64,000 nucleotides of DNA from Dehalococcoidia bacterium (GCA_963692775.1 OY839116.1:3016161-3080160); one strand, 5' to 3'; shown: positions 1 to 10,097, counted from the first letter of the stretch. The notes: a model not told the origin generated them from the letters alone. Numbers and translations: made by a program.

Positions 1-923
1 TGGCGGTTCCCGCTGGTGTAGAGCCTGAGGACCAGCGGCAGAACGCCCACGGAGTTGAAGATGCGTGGTGTCGTCAACGTCCGCATCGTGATGTGTCGGA
101 GGTCCGAGAACTCCTGGTTCAGCAAGAAGTCGGCACTCTCTCCATATTGCTCCCTCAGTCGCCACGACGCCCACAGATAGTGGCGCCCATCGATGCGCCC
201 GTCCGGGATGAACCGCTCGTCCGGTTGCCTGTGATCGAACGCGCCGCTGACAACTCGCGCCGTTTCCGCGAAGTAGAACATCCCCAGCCACGACCACACG
301 CCTGCGTGCTGGCCGACAAGGCGAGTGATCGGCTCCAGGCGGGGCGCAAGGTACTCGGCGGCGTCGCGGCGTGTGCGAAAGGGGCGGCGCTCGACCTCGA
401 CATCGCCGGGGAACGGCTGCGCGTAGCGCTCGTCGTAGAGGAGTTCTCGCGGCGGCTCGCGGTCGCCGTCCGGTTGGGCGCGCAGTCGCTCCAGGAAGGC
501 GCGGGCGAACTCGACGCCGTCGGGCGTGAGGCGGCGCAAGCGCTGGCGCTCGACGGAGTGGCGCCGCCCCGGCGTCTCGTCCGTGAGCCGCTCGAGTTCG
601 CGCGCGGTGGCGAGCGCCTCCTCCGTGAGCGTCGCGGGGGCCTCCACAGGCGGCGCTGCCGCGGGAACGAGCGGCTCCACGCCCATCAACTGCGAGGTCA
701 ACGCGTCGATCGCCTGGTTGATCCGCGCCAGCATCGTGCCCCGCCGCACCTTGTAGCCCGGTGGGCGGGATGCCTCCACGAACGCATCCCACGCTGGCGA
801 TCCGGGCTCCGCGTAGTCGCGCAGGTTGATGCGGCGGGGCGCGTCATCGCGCCCGAGCGCGTCGCGGATCTCGCGCAACCGGGCGAGCGCCTCCGCCCTC
901 GTGTCGTTCGCGCGCTCGTTCAT
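1..923 (-). CDS. hypothetical protein, third gene of the GHKL-ATPase operon. The 5' end is complete and the 3' end runs off the window edge (>=307 aa).
   Basis: Own translation of the minus strand from ATG at 921-923 (MNERANDTRAEALARLREIRDALGRDD...) is open to position 1 with high GC3 codon usage. Its start overlaps the upstream stop as ATGA (920-923). It is not in the ORF track because it is open-ended. The plus-strand ORF 93..953 is its antisense artefact. Confidence 0.55.
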   Translation of the reverse strand, partial: MNERANDTRAEALARLREIRDALGRDDAPRRINLRDYAEPGSPAWDAFVEASRPPGYKVRRGTMLARINQAIDALTSQLMGVEPLVPAAAPPVEAPATLTEEALATARELERLTDETPGRRHSVERQRLRRLTPDGVEFARAFLERLRAQPDGDREPPRELLYDERYAQPFPGDVEVERRPFRTRRDAAEYLAPRLEPITRLVGQHAGVWSWLGMFYFAETARVVSGAFDHRQPDERFIPDGRIDGRHYLWASWRLREQYGESADFLLNQEFSDLRHITMRTLTTPRIFNSVGVLPLVLRLYTSGNR

Positions 924-1696
924 GCCCGCCGCCCCTGCACGGCCTGGTTATAGGACTCGGCGGCATCGACGGCGTCGTCGGCGAACGCCTCCACGACCTT
1001 GTCGATCCAGCGGCTCGCGGCGGCGACCTCGCTCGCATCCGCGTCGCGGCTGAGGCGCGGCGGCTCCGCCTCCCGCAGCCGCGCCCGCGCCTGCTCGAAC
1101 CAGCCGCCCCACGGTCCCTCGCCGTCGTCGGGGTCCGCCCGTTCAACGAGCACGATGTGGCCCAGGATGGTGCGCAGCACGTCCGGCATGACGAGCGATC
1201 GGAACGCCGCGTCGCCGCGCACGATTTCGCTGATGCCGTCCACCTTCGGGTTGATCAGCAACTCGGGCAGGTCCATCCCGTCGCCGAAGTCCACGCGCCA
1301 CACCTCGTCGCCGAGATCCTCGCTCTCGCGCACCGCCAGCAGCGAGCGGCGCGGGAGCACCGGGCGGATGTTCGGCGCGTGCGCCAGCAGCAGGCCCGAT
1401 CCGTCGCCGGCTACGACGATCACGCGGAACTGCGCCGATTCGGGCACGTCCGTCAGCCGCCGCTCCTCGTCAGGCGGGGGCTCCGGCACGCCGGTCGTGC
1501 CGTAGTCCCAGCGCTGGACGGCGTTGCCGCGCCATGCCTCGACGCGGATGCGGGCGTCGGGCGGGAGGTCGTACGCCGACAGGTCGAGGTCGAGGTCGAA
1601 GACGGGCGCCTCGTCGCCGTCGGCCGGGCGCAGCGCGACCTGTGCATGGTCGCGCCGGATGCTCCTCCGTCCGGTGCGATTGAGATGCCGCCTCAC
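920..1696 (-). CDS. hypothetical protein (258 aa), middle gene of the GHKL-ATPase operon
   Basis: Listed ORF with coding-like composition. There are 4-nt overlaps with both neighbours (1693-1696 and 920-923). I recognise no motif. Confidence 0.6.
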   Translation of the reverse strand: MRRHLNRTGRRSIRRDHAQVALRPADGDEAPVFDLDLDLSAYDLPPDARIRVEAWRGNAVQRWDYGTTGVPEPPPDEERRLTDVPESAQFRVIVVAGDGSGLLLAHAPNIRPVLPRRSLLAVRESEDLGDEVWRVDFGDGMDLPELLINPKVDGISEIVRGDAAFRSLVMPDVLRTILGHIVLVERADPDDGEGPWGGWFEQARARLREAEPPRLSRDADASEVAAASRWIDKVVEAFADDAVDAAESYNQAVQGRRA

Positions 1697-3678
1697 GATG
1701 CCTCGTCCTCGCTTCCGCCGTCATCAGCGGCGACGATGGGCCGCACGTCGACGACGACGTCGCGGTCGTCGAGGCCGGTCACGTCGAGGCGGAAGTCGCT
1801 GCCTTCGACCCGGAAGCGCAGCTCATTCCCGGCCGGGGGCTCGACGCGGGCTGAGCGTTCGCGTATCTCCACCCCGCCATCGCCGATCACGAAGTCGGGC
1901 ACGCCCTGACGCGCTCCCCGCTCGAAGAGGTTGAAGGCGTTGCCACGGACGACGTCGTAGGCGAAGCGGAGCGTCCAGTCCGTACCGGCGAGGGTGTTCC
2001 CGCGCGGCGCTCGCAGCGAGAATCCTCCGGCGCTGCGGCTGACGTCGAACGGGCTGGGCGCCGTTCGCGGCGGGGGGTCGCTGACGCGTGATCGCCCAGG
2101 GCCGACGCGCGTGCTTGGCGTACGTCCCTTGATGGCGGTCGCGTCTGCGGGGAACAGGTCGGCGAGCGCGTCGAACTGCTGCTCGTCGGGCCGCTCGGCG
2201 AGGCGCTGGAGGAGCAGCACCGCGGCGCGGCGTACCTCCTGCACGCGAGCGTAACCGCCGACCCACCGATCCTTCAGGCGCTGCTCGTGCGGATCCCAGA
2301 CGACGTGCGCCGGGCCCTCCGCATCGCGCAGGAGGTGACCCAACTCGGACTCGCCGTCCACCAGCACGAGCGCGCGCGCCTTGTAGCGTTCGACGTGATC
2401 CATGCGCGGGATGCTGAGGTGGCCACGGATGAAGTAGTCGTGGCCCTTGCTGAGGTTCTCGGCCCGTTCGAAGTAGAGCCGGAAGCTGCCGGGCGTGCGC
2501 ACTGCCGCCCCGCGCCGCTGCACGCCGATCTCCAGATTGAACGCCAGCCGTTCACCGTTCTCGTAGCGCTCGCGCAGATCCTCTAGGTCCAGGCTCGCGA
2601 GCGCGTCACTAGTGCGCCTGGGGACCGGGAGGCGGATGTGCTCGCCGTCGCCGCGTCCGATTGCCCACTGGGCGAGCCTGATGGCGCCTGCCAGCGACTC
2701 GGGCGTCTCTTCGTCGTGCGCGTCCTGGCTGTCCAGCTGGGGGATGTCGACCACCTCGCGGTTGATGGTCTCAGCGTTGATGTAGCGCCGTCGCTCGCCC
2801 GGCGCGCTGATCTCGATGCTGAGGTCACCGCGCACGATCGGCAGGAAGTACTGCGCGATGACGGCGCGGGCGATCGCCGCCGAAGTGATGTCCTCGTGCG
2901 GATAGGGCACGACGACGGAGAGGCCGGGCTCGTCGAGCCGCCCGAGTCCGAAGTCCTCTATCGCCGTCAGCACGAACTCGGTGTCGTCGTCGGAGTCGAG
3001 GGGAAGCGGCAGCCACTGGTCGTCGCCGTGGTCGTCCGCGACCGCGAACTGACCGTAGGGCGGGTGCTTCACGCCGTCCACGGTGTGCGTCCTGAGCACG
3101 GCCATCCCCATCACCAGCACGTTGTCCTCGCCAGCGCGGCGCGTCGCGCCGACGTAGGCGTTGATCATCGAAGCGTCGGGGAAGACCCACTTGCCGAGGC
3201 CCCACGAGCCGCCGGCGTCCTCGTTCTTGGGGGAGATGCCGATGCTGCGGAAGAAGCCCCAGAAATGGTTCCCGGCTTCCTTCTCCTCGTTGGCCCGGAT
3301 GTCGCCCGCCAGACCGGTGGTCCCGAAGTCCTCGATGGCAAGCCATGTCATCGGCCGTCGCAGGCAGGCCCGCGCGGCGGCGATTGCCTCCCGCTCTGCC
3401 GCGTCAGCGTCCCGGTCCGCCTGGATGTGCGGCTCGAGGCCCTCGAGGTAGCGCGTGGCGGCGCTGGCCGGGAGCGCGCCGTCGTCGCCGCTGAACGTGA
3501 AGCGGACCAGCACGGTCTCGCCGTCCCGCCGGGCGTCGAGCGAGTTCTGCAGCGCCTCGCGCACGAGCCGCTCGGGCAGGTCGGCGGCGGTCGTGAAGAA
3601 CTCGCCCTGCACCGGGTTCTGATTGATTTCCCAAGGCTGCATGCGCCCGAACCGCCAGTGCGGTCGTCTCGATGCCAT
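1693..3678 (-). CDS. MORC/HATPase_c_3-like GHKL (Bergerat-fold) ATPase, 661 aa
   Basis: N-box LVREALQNSLDA, G1 box AIEDFGTTGLAGD and G2 box GGSWGLGKWVF all lie in the N-terminal 180 aa. The C-terminal ~450 aa is unassigned. The RBS is GGGGG 5 nt upstream of the ATG. Confidence 0.7.
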   Translation of the reverse strand: MASRRPHWRFGRMQPWEINQNPVQGEFFTTAADLPERLVREALQNSLDARRDGETVLVRFTFSGDDGALPASAATRYLEGLEPHIQADRDADAAEREAIAAARACLRRPMTWLAIEDFGTTGLAGDIRANEEKEAGNHFWGFFRSIGISPKNEDAGGSWGLGKWVFPDASMINAYVGATRRAGEDNVLVMGMAVLRTHTVDGVKHPPYGQFAVADDHGDDQWLPLPLDSDDDTEFVLTAIEDFGLGRLDEPGLSVVVPYPHEDITSAAIARAVIAQYFLPIVRGDLSIEISAPGERRRYINAETINREVVDIPQLDSQDAHDEETPESLAGAIRLAQWAIGRGDGEHIRLPVPRRTSDALASLDLEDLRERYENGERLAFNLEIGVQRRGAAVRTPGSFRLYFERAENLSKGHDYFIRGHLSIPRMDHVERYKARALVLVDGESELGHLLRDAEGPAHVVWDPHEQRLKDRWVGGYARVQEVRRAAVLLLQRLAERPDEQQFDALADLFPADATAIKGRTPSTRVGPGRSRVSDPPPRTAPSPFDVSRSAGGFSLRAPRGNTLAGTDWTLRFAYDVVRGNAFNLFERGARQGVPDFVIGDGGVEIRERSARVEPPAGNELRFRVEGSDFRLDVTGLDDRDVVVDVRPIVAADDGGSEDEAS

Positions 3679-3730
3679 CGCGCCCCCCAGCGGGGCAGTG
3701 TAGCGCTTCCTTTAGCCGCGTACGCCGCGC

Positions 3731-5128
3731 CTACGGGTGCGTCATCTCCTCCGGGCGCACCCACTCGTCGAACTCGGCGTCCGTGACGTAGCCGAGGGAC
3801 AGCGCGGCCTCGCGCAGCGTCGAGCCCGCGACGTGGGCGTGGTGGGCCACCTCGGCGGCGCGGTCGTAGCCGATGTGCGGGCTGAGCGCCGTCACCAGCA
3901 TCAGCGACGACTCCATCAACTCGCGGATGCGCGCGTGGTTCGGCTCGATGCCGGCGACGCAGTTGTCGGTGAAGGAGACGGCGGCGTCGCCCAGCAGGCG
4001 GATCGATTGCAGCGTGTTGTAGACGATCACCGGCTTGAAGACGTTGAGCTCGAAGTGGCCCGTCGCGCCGCCGACGTTGACCGCCACGTCGTTGCCGATC
4101 ACCTGCGCGCAGACCATCGTCAGCGCCTCGGACTGCGTCGGGTTCACCTTGCCCGGCATGATCGAGGAGCCCGGCTCGTTGGCGGGCAGCATCAGCTCGG
4201 CGACGCCGGCGCGCGGCCCGGAGCCGAGCAGCCGCACGTCGTTCGCGATCTTCATCAGCGAGGCGGCGACGGTCTTGAGCTGGCCCGACAGCTCGACCTG
4301 CGCGTCGTGCGCGGCGAGCGACTCGAACTTGTTGGGCGCGGTCACGAAGGGCAGCCCCGTCATGCGCGCGATCTCCGCGGCGACGCGCTCGCCGTACTCG
4401 GGGTGCGCGTTGAGGCCGGTGCCGACCGCAGTGCCGCCGAGGGCGAGCTCGCAGACGCGCGGCAGCGCGCTCTCGACGCGCAGGATCGCGTTCTCGACCT
4501 GCTTGACGTAACCGGAGAACTCCTGGCCGAGCGTCAGCGGCGTCGCGTCCATCAAGTGCGTGCGGCCGATCTTCACGATGTCCTCGAAGGCGGCCTGCTT
4601 CGCGGCGAGCGCCTCGTGCAGATGCTTGAGGCCGGGCGCGAGGCGGTGCGTGACCTCCTCGGCGGTCGCGATCGACATCGCGCCGGGGAAGACGTCGTTC
4701 GAGGACTGCGACATGTTGACGTGGTCGTTGGGGTGCACCGGGTCCTTGGAGCCGCGCACGCCGCCGAGCAGCTCGATCGCGCGGTTGGAGATCACCTCGT
4801 TGGCGTTCATGTTGGACTGGGTGCCGGAGCCGGTCTGCCAGACGACGAGCGGGAAGTGGTCGTCGAGGTCGCCGTCGATCACCTCCTGCGCGGCGGAGCG
4901 GATCGCCTCGGCGAGCCCGCCGTCGAGCCTGCCGAGGCTCTCGTTCGCGCTCGCCGAGGCGTGCTTGACGATGCCGAGAGCGCGGATGATCGAGCGCGGC
5001 ATGCGCTCGTCCCCGATCTTGAAGTTCTCCAGCGAGCGCTGCGTCTGCGCCCCCCAGTACCTGTCATCGGCCACCTCGATGGCGCCCATGCTGTCGGTCT
5101 CGATGCGGGTGGGTGTGGTGGTTGTCAT
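3731..5128 (-). CDS. fumC: class II fumarate hydratase
   Basis: [17 protein letters not shown] signature. Start refined to [19 protein letters not shown] (GAGGAG RBS); the listed ORF extends further 5'. Confidence 0.9.
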   Translation of the reverse strand: MTTTTPTRIETDSMGAIEVADDRYWGAQTQRSLENFKIGDERMPRSIIRALGIVKHASASANESLGRLDGGLAEAIRSAAQEVIDGDLDDHFPLVVWQTGSGTQSNMNANEVISNRAIELLGGVRGSKDPVHPNDHVNMSQSSNDVFPGAMSIATAEEVTHRLAPGLKHLHEALAAKQAAFEDIVKIGRTHLMDATPLTLGQEFSGYVKQVENAILRVESALPRVCELALGGTAVGTGLNAHPEYGERVAAEIARMTGLPFVTAPNKFESLAAHDAQVELSGQLKTVAASLMKIANDVRLLGSGPRAGVAELMLPANEPGSSIMPGKVNPTQSEALTMVCAQVIGNDVAVNVGGATGHFELNVFKPVIVYNTLQSIRLLGDAAVSFTDNCVAGIEPNHARIRELMESSLMLVTALSPHIGYDRAAEVAHHAHVAGSTLREAALSLGYVTDAEFDEWVRPEEMTHP

Positions 5129-5237
5129 CGTGTGCTCCTCGGTGCCGGGAGCAGGGTAGCGGGAGTGGGGGTTGTGGGCAGCAGCGCGCGTCGTTCGGCA
5201 GGCGGACATGAACGTGCGTTCGGGAGCCTCGGCGGGT

Positions 5238-6137
5238 ATGGTGAGGGCCATGACGCCGCGCGAAGCGTTTCTGCGAGAACTGGCCGAGCGGGCGGGCGAG
5301 CCGAGGAGGCTTGGCCGCAGCCGCTCGCTGTTCGAGATCGGGGATGGGCAGGCGTTCGTCTACATCCGCTACTCGCGCGTCCACGGGCCGGGCAACACGT
5401 TCTTCGGCCTCCGGGACCAGGACGTGCGCGAGCTCGAGGGGCGGACGGCGTTCATCGCGCTGCTGTGGGACGGTCAGGCGGAGCCGCTGCTGCTCCCGTT
5501 CGCTGAGTTCGCCCCGCTGTTCGAGGAGTCCGAACCCGCCGCAGACGGCCAGTTCAAGGCGCAGGTCTACCTGCGCGAGGACCAGCCCGCCGAGCTCTAC
5601 GTCACGCGCGCCGGACGCCACAACGTCGAAACCTACTTCGGTTGGGAGCTGCTGCTGAGCGCCCTCGCCGACGTGCGCGAGGAGACGCCGAAGCTCGAGC
5701 ACTCGCAGGTGCAGACGCTGCTCGGGGCGATCGGCGATATGCAAGGACTGGACGTCTGGATACCGCCGAACGACCGATCGAAGATGGACTGGACGCTGGC
5801 TCCCAGGTTCCAGTTCCGCACGGCGCTCCCGCCGGGCCTCGACGCCGTGATGCGCGAGATCGACGTGGTCTGGCTGGCGCGCGGCGGCAGCACGCCGGTC
5901 AGCCTTTACGAGGTCGAGCACACGACGGCGATCTACTCGGGGCTGCTGCGCTTCAACGACATGCACCTGACCGTCAACCGGCCGCCGAAGTTCACGATCG
6001 TCGCGCCGGAGGATCGGCGGGGCAAGTTCGTGCGGGAGGTGCGCCGCCCGACGTTCCGGGCGAGCGGCCTCAACGACATCTGCCGCTTCATGACCTACGG
6101 CGAGGTGTACCGCTCGGCGCCGGCGCTCGGCGCGTAG
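5238..6137 (+). CDS. hypothetical protein (~300 aa); start uncertain (TTG 5172, ATG 5238 or ATG 5250)
   Basis: Long ORF with good codon usage, divergent from fumC. The segment [10 protein letters not shown]...SLYEVEHT is weakly reminiscent of a PD-(D/E)xK-type core, but this is not secure. Confidence 0.5.
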   Translation: MVRAMTPREAFLRELAERAGEPRRLGRSRSLFEIGDGQAFVYIRYSRVHGPGNTFFGLRDQDVRELEGRTAFIALLWDGQAEPLLLPFAEFAPLFEESEPAADGQFKAQVYLREDQPAELYVTRAGRHNVETYFGWELLLSALADVREETPKLEHSQVQTLLGAIGDMQGLDVWIPPNDRSKMDWTLAPRFQFRTALPPGLDAVMREIDVVWLARGGSTPVSLYEVEHTTAIYSGLLRFNDMHLTVNRPPKFTIVAPEDRRGKFVREVRRPTFRASGLNDICRFMTYGEVYRSAPALGA

Positions 6138-6153
6138 CGAGAGGGAGGACGGC

Positions 6154-6393
6154 ATGACCAGCGAGGCGAACGGGACGAACGGCGCGGGCGAGCGCCACTA
6201 CCTGCTCTACGTCTGGGCCGGCGTCGAGCCGGAGCTGCACGGCCCCTACCCCACGGACGACGAGCGCCTCGAGGCCGCCCGCGCCCTCGCCGCCGACGGC
6301 GGCTCCGACGAGCACGGCATCTTCTGGCTCGACGCCCCGGGGGCTGTGGAGGTGGGGACGTTCGGGGCGGCGGAGGTTGGAGGCCAAGGGTGA
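6154..6393 (+). CDS. small acidic hypothetical protein (79 aa)
   Basis: Strong RBS GAGGGAGGA 5 nt upstream of the ATG, 16 nt after the upstream stop. D/E-rich. Confidence 0.5.
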   Translation: MTSEANGTNGAGERHYLLYVWAGVEPELHGPYPTDDERLEAARALAADGGSDEHGIFWLDAPGAVEVGTFGAAEVGGQG

Positions 6394-6395
6394 CA

Positions 6396-6932
6396 TTACC
6401 GCCTGCCGTCGACTTCTTTGTCGCCCGGACCGCCCGAGTCCTTCTGTGACGCGTACAGAGCCCTGATTAGACCGCGCCGAGCGACGAGGCGGACTAGAGC
6501 CAGCATGTTGAACAGGGTCCACACAAACAGGAACGTGGAGAGCCCGATGCCGATGCGCATTGTTAGCTCGTCGTTCTGCGGTGTGAGAATCAGGAACATT
6601 AGACTGGCGGAGGAGGTCAGTACGGCGACTACAGCAGTGAAGGAGAATGGGAAGAAGTCTTCGATCACACCCCTACCGATGCTGTTGGACACCCTGAGCA
6701 GCTCGTCGTTCATGAGCGTAACGATGAGCGATAGGCCCGCCAGTACCACACCGAGCAAGCCAACCGACACCGTAGCCTCTGTGCGGAGTATCAAAGTGTA
6801 GCGTTCCTGAAGATTGCTATCTGTGACCAAGACTGCTGGTGCTATGCCGAGCACGAGGGACAACACGAAGTACCAGTGGAGGAAGATGTGCCTCCAATGG
6901 GCGAGCAGCAGTGACCAGAACCCGGGAACCAT
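6396..6932 (-). CDS. 4-TM membrane protein (178 aa) in a low-GC islet
   Basis: Four hydrophobic helices can be read from the translation. Local GC is ~55% against ~70% for the genome. It sits 2 nt downstream of the partner gene. Confidence 0.6.
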   Translation of the reverse strand: MVPGFWSLLLAHWRHIFLHWYFVLSLVLGIAPAVLVTDSNLQERYTLILRTEATVSVGLLGVVLAGLSLIVTLMNDELLRVSNSIGRGVIEDFFPFSFTAVVAVLTSSASLMFLILTPQNDELTMRIGIGLSTFLFVWTLFNMLALVRLVARRGLIRALYASQKDSGGPGDKEVDGRR

Positions 6933-6934
6933 GT

Positions 6935-7771
6935 TCAGAGCAGCGATCTGAGCGATCTCAGCAGGCGGCGGAGGTACGTCTCCTCCGTCTCGTTCTCGAC
7001 TGTCTCGATGTCGGTGCTGGCGACATTCCGGCCTGAGTCGAAGAATCTCCGGTTCCGATCTACTACACCGGTGGCCCGCACGACGCCGAAAGTCTCTCGT
7101 GTGTAGTCAACGAAGTCCTGTAGGCCAGTGCCAGTAATCTGGAGACCGGGACCGTCCTGTGGGGGCTTGGCCTCGAGGTTGACCTGCGCTGCGTTCGAAT
7201 CTTCCAGGAGCCGCCGGACGATGGCGTCTCCATGTTCGTCCCAGTCCGGGTTTGGTTGTCGGACCGAAACGAAGAATCGGGTCACCCGGTCTGTGCGGGT
7301 GAGCCAATTGCTGAACTCTTCCATGTCAGCGACGAATTCGGCGTCGAATGCGACTTCAGGATTCGGTGCTTGGCGCAGGATCATTCTCAGGGCGGTAGCG
7401 AAAGCGGTTCGCCTGACATCTCTCCGCTCCTCGAAGATCAGGTAGCGGGTATCTAGGTCGAGCACGAGGTACGAGAACTGGCCATGTCCCCTGCTGCCGG
7501 GAATGGTGATAAAGTCCTCGGCCTCTTCGTCGTACCGCACAGCGGGCTCATCCGTGCGGATGCTCTCGAAGCCGAGCTTCCCGAAGAGGACGGGCTCGTC
7601 GCCGAGTCGCTGAGGGCGTGCGAGACGCCAATTGCGCCCGTAGCGCGCCACGACCTGCTGCGGATCAAGCGCCTCCATAATGTCTGGCTCGAACGGCCGG
7701 TCACGCTGGGTAAGCAGGGGCAGGTCAGCGCTTCGGTTGATCCGCATCAGCCAGAGACGGCGTCGGGCCAT
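6935..7771 (-). CDS. hypothetical cytoplasmic protein (278 aa), upstream partner of the 4-TM protein
   Basis: RBS GGGAAGGGAG before the ATG. Low GC. No recognisable motif. Confidence 0.6.
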   Translation of the reverse strand: MARRRLWLMRINRSADLPLLTQRDRPFEPDIMEALDPQQVVARYGRNWRLARPQRLGDEPVLFGKLGFESIRTDEPAVRYDEEAEDFITIPGSRGHGQFSYLVLDLDTRYLIFEERRDVRRTAFATALRMILRQAPNPEVAFDAEFVADMEEFSNWLTRTDRVTRFFVSVRQPNPDWDEHGDAIVRRLLEDSNAAQVNLEAKPPQDGPGLQITGTGLQDFVDYTRETFGVVRATGVVDRNRRFFDSGRNVASTDIETVENETEETYLRRLLRSLRSLL

Positions 7772-7821
7772 GCTCGCGCTCCCTTCCCGCCGAATCTAGC
7801 AGGTCCGCGCACCGCGTAGCC

Positions 7822-8754
7822 CTACCCCGCGGGCGTAGCCGCCACCAGCTCCAGCACTGCCTCGCCGGCGGCCTGGATGGCGGCGACCTCGGAGGCGGCG
7901 AGGGGGGGCTCGTAGACCTCGAGGATGCCGCCGGCGCCGAGCAGGACCGGGGCGCCGACGTAGGCGTGCTCGATGCCCCACTGGCTGTCCAGCAGCGCGC
8001 AGCAGGGGAGGATGCGGCGCTCGTCGCGCAGGATCGCGTCGACCATCTCGATCGTCGCGGCGGCGGGGGCGGTGAAGGCGGAGCCCGTCTTGAGCAGGCC
8101 GACGATCTCGGCGCCGCCCTTCATCGTGCGGTCCACGACGGCCTCGATGCGGTCGGGGGCCAGCAGCGCGGTCAGCGGGACGCCGCCGACCGTGGCCGTC
8201 GAGACGACCGGGACCATCGTCGCCTCGGTGTGGCCGCCGAGGACCCAGGCCGAGACGTCGCGCACGGAGACGCCGAGCTCCATCGCGATGAAGGTGCGGT
8301 AGCGCGTGCTGTCCAGCATCCCGCCCTGGCCGACGACGCGCGCGGCGGGCAGCCCGCTCGCCTCGAGGGCGACGTGGCACATCGCGTCCATCGGGTTGGC
8401 GAAGATGACCAGCACCGCGTCCGGCGAGTGCTCGACCGCCTGGCCGACGACGCTGCGCACGATGCCGGCGTTGGTGCCGAGCAGGTCCTCGCGCGTCATG
8501 CCCGGCCTGCGCGCCACGCCCGAGGTGACGACGACGACGTCGGAGCCGGCGGTGTCCGCCCAGTCGTTCGTGCCGCCGACGGAGCTGCTGAAGCCGACCC
8601 AGGGGGCGCCCTCGGCGATGTCGAGCGCCTTGCCCTGCGGCAGGCCCTCGACGATGTCGATCAGCATGACGTCGGCGTAGCCGCGCGAGGCGAGGATCTG
8701 CGCCATGGTGGCGCCGGTGTTGCCCGCGCCGACAATCGTCACCTTGCTCCGCAC
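7822..8754 (-). CDS. mdh: malate dehydrogenase (LDH-like, NAD-dependent)
   Basis: N-terminal KVTIVGAGNTG Rossmann motif. Full-length similarity to MDH/LDH. Confidence 0.9.
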   Translation of the reverse strand: MRSKVTIVGAGNTGATMAQILASRGYADVMLIDIVEGLPQGKALDIAEGAPWVGFSSSVGGTNDWADTAGSDVVVVTSGVARRPGMTREDLLGTNAGIVRSVVGQAVEHSPDAVLVIFANPMDAMCHVALEASGLPAARVVGQGGMLDSTRYRTFIAMELGVSVRDVSAWVLGGHTEATMVPVVSTATVGGVPLTALLAPDRIEAVVDRTMKGGAEIVGLLKTGSAFTAPAAATIEMVDAILRDERRILPCCALLDSQWGIEHAYVGAPVLLGAGGILEVYEPPLAASEVAAIQAAGEAVLELVAATPAG

Positions 8755-8879
8755 GCTCTGTCTCCCCTCGGCGTTGCGGGCCGCGCGTCGCGCGCCGACG
8801 CCCGTCTGGTCTGCGTTGATCCCGGTCTGCGGCCCTCGCTGCTGCTATGCGCCGCTGTGGACGCGGTCGCGGCGGCCGG

Positions 8880-10097
8880 TCAGGAGCCCATCTCTGCTTG
8901 CAGGCGCTCCTCGATGCTGTCGAAGAAGGCGCCGGTGTTCAGGAACGGCACGTCCGGCCCGATGTGCATCGCCAGGTCCTTGGTCATGTTGCCGGCCTCG
9001 ACGGTCTCGATGCAGGCGCGCTCGACGACCTCGGCGAACTGCTCGACCTCGGGCGTGTCGTCCATGCGGCCGCGGTACTGCAGGCCGCGCGTCCACGCGA
9101 AGATCGAGGCGATCGGGTTGGTCGAGGTCTCGTTGCCGAGCAGGTGCTCGCGGTAGTGGCGCGTGACGGTGCCGTGCGCCGCCTCGGCCTCGACGGTGTT
9201 GCCGTCGGGTGTGAGCAGCACCGAGGTCATCAGGCCGAGCGAGCCGTAGCCCTGCGCGACCACGTCCGACTGCACGTCGCCGTCGTAGTTCTTGCAGGCC
9301 CAGACGAAGCCGCCGTTCCACTTCATCGCCTGCGCGACCATGTCGTCGATCAGGCGGTGCTCGTAGGTCAGTCCGGCCTCGGCGAACTTGTCGGCGAACT
9401 CGTCGTCGAAGACCTGCTGGAAGAGGTCGCGGAAGCGCCCGTCGTAGCGCTTGAGGATCGTGTTCTTCGTCGCGAAGTAGAGCGGGTACTGGCGCTGCAG
9501 CGAGTAGTTCATGCAGGCGCGCGCGAAGCCGCGGATCGAGTCGTCGAGGTTGTACATGCCCATCGCGGTCCCGCCGCCGGGGAAGTCCATCACCTCGTAC
9601 TCGGTGGGTTCGCCGCCGTCGGCGGGGGTGAAGGTCATCGTCAGCTTGCCGGCGCCGGGGACGACGAAGTCGGTGGCGCGGTACTGGTCGCCGTGGGCGT
9701 GGCGGCCGATCACCATCGGCTGCGTCCAGCCGGGCACGAGCCTCGGCACGTTCGAGATCACGATCGGCTCGCGGAAGACGGTGCCGCCGAGGATGTTGCG
9801 GATCGTGCCGTTGGGCGAGGGCCACATCTCCTTGAGGTCGAACTCCTCGACGCGGTCCTCGTCGGCGGTGATCGTCGCGCACTTCACGCCGACGCCGTAC
9901 TGCTGGATCGCCTTCGCGCAGTCGACGGTGATCTGGTCGTTGGTTGCGTCGCGCGACTGGATGCTGAGGTCGTAGTACTTCAGGTCGATGTCGAGGTAGG
10001 GGAGGATCAGGCGTTCGCGGATCCAGGCCCAGATGATGCGCGTCATCTCGTCGCCGTCGAGCTCGACGATCGGGTTGGCTACGGGGATTTTCGCCAT
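8880..10097 (-). CDS. icd: NADP-dependent isocitrate dehydrogenase (IDH1/2-like subfamily)
   Basis: [23 protein letters not shown]... is typical of ~405-aa IDH. Start refined to MAKIP with a GGAGGAG RBS. Confidence 0.9.
   Translation of the reverse strand: MAKIPVANPIVELDGDEMTRIIWAWIRERLILPYLDIDLKYYDLSIQSRDATNDQITVDCAKAIQQYGVGVKCATITADEDRVEEFDLKEMWPSPNGTIRNILGGTVFREPIVISNVPRLVPGWTQPMVIGRHAHGDQYRATDFVVPGAGKLTMTFTPADGGEPTEYEVMDFPGGGTAMGMYNLDDSIRGFARACMNYSLQRQYPLYFATKNTILKRYDGRFRDLFQQVFDDEFADKFAEAGLTYEHRLIDDMVAQAMKWNGGFVWACKNYDGDVQSDVVAQGYGSLGLMTSVLLTPDGNTVEAEAAHGTVTRHYREHLLGNETSTNPIASIFAWTRGLQYRGRMDDTPEVEQFAEVVERACIETVEAGNMTKDLAMHIGPDVPFLNTGAFFDSIEERLQAEMGS

Noticed and set aside
93-953. 286-aa plus-strand ORF at the left edge
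   Set aside because: It is Arg/Ala-rich with poor codon usage, and is antisense to a well-formed minus-strand gene (the third gene of the GHKL operon). This is a typical high-GC mirror-frame artefact.
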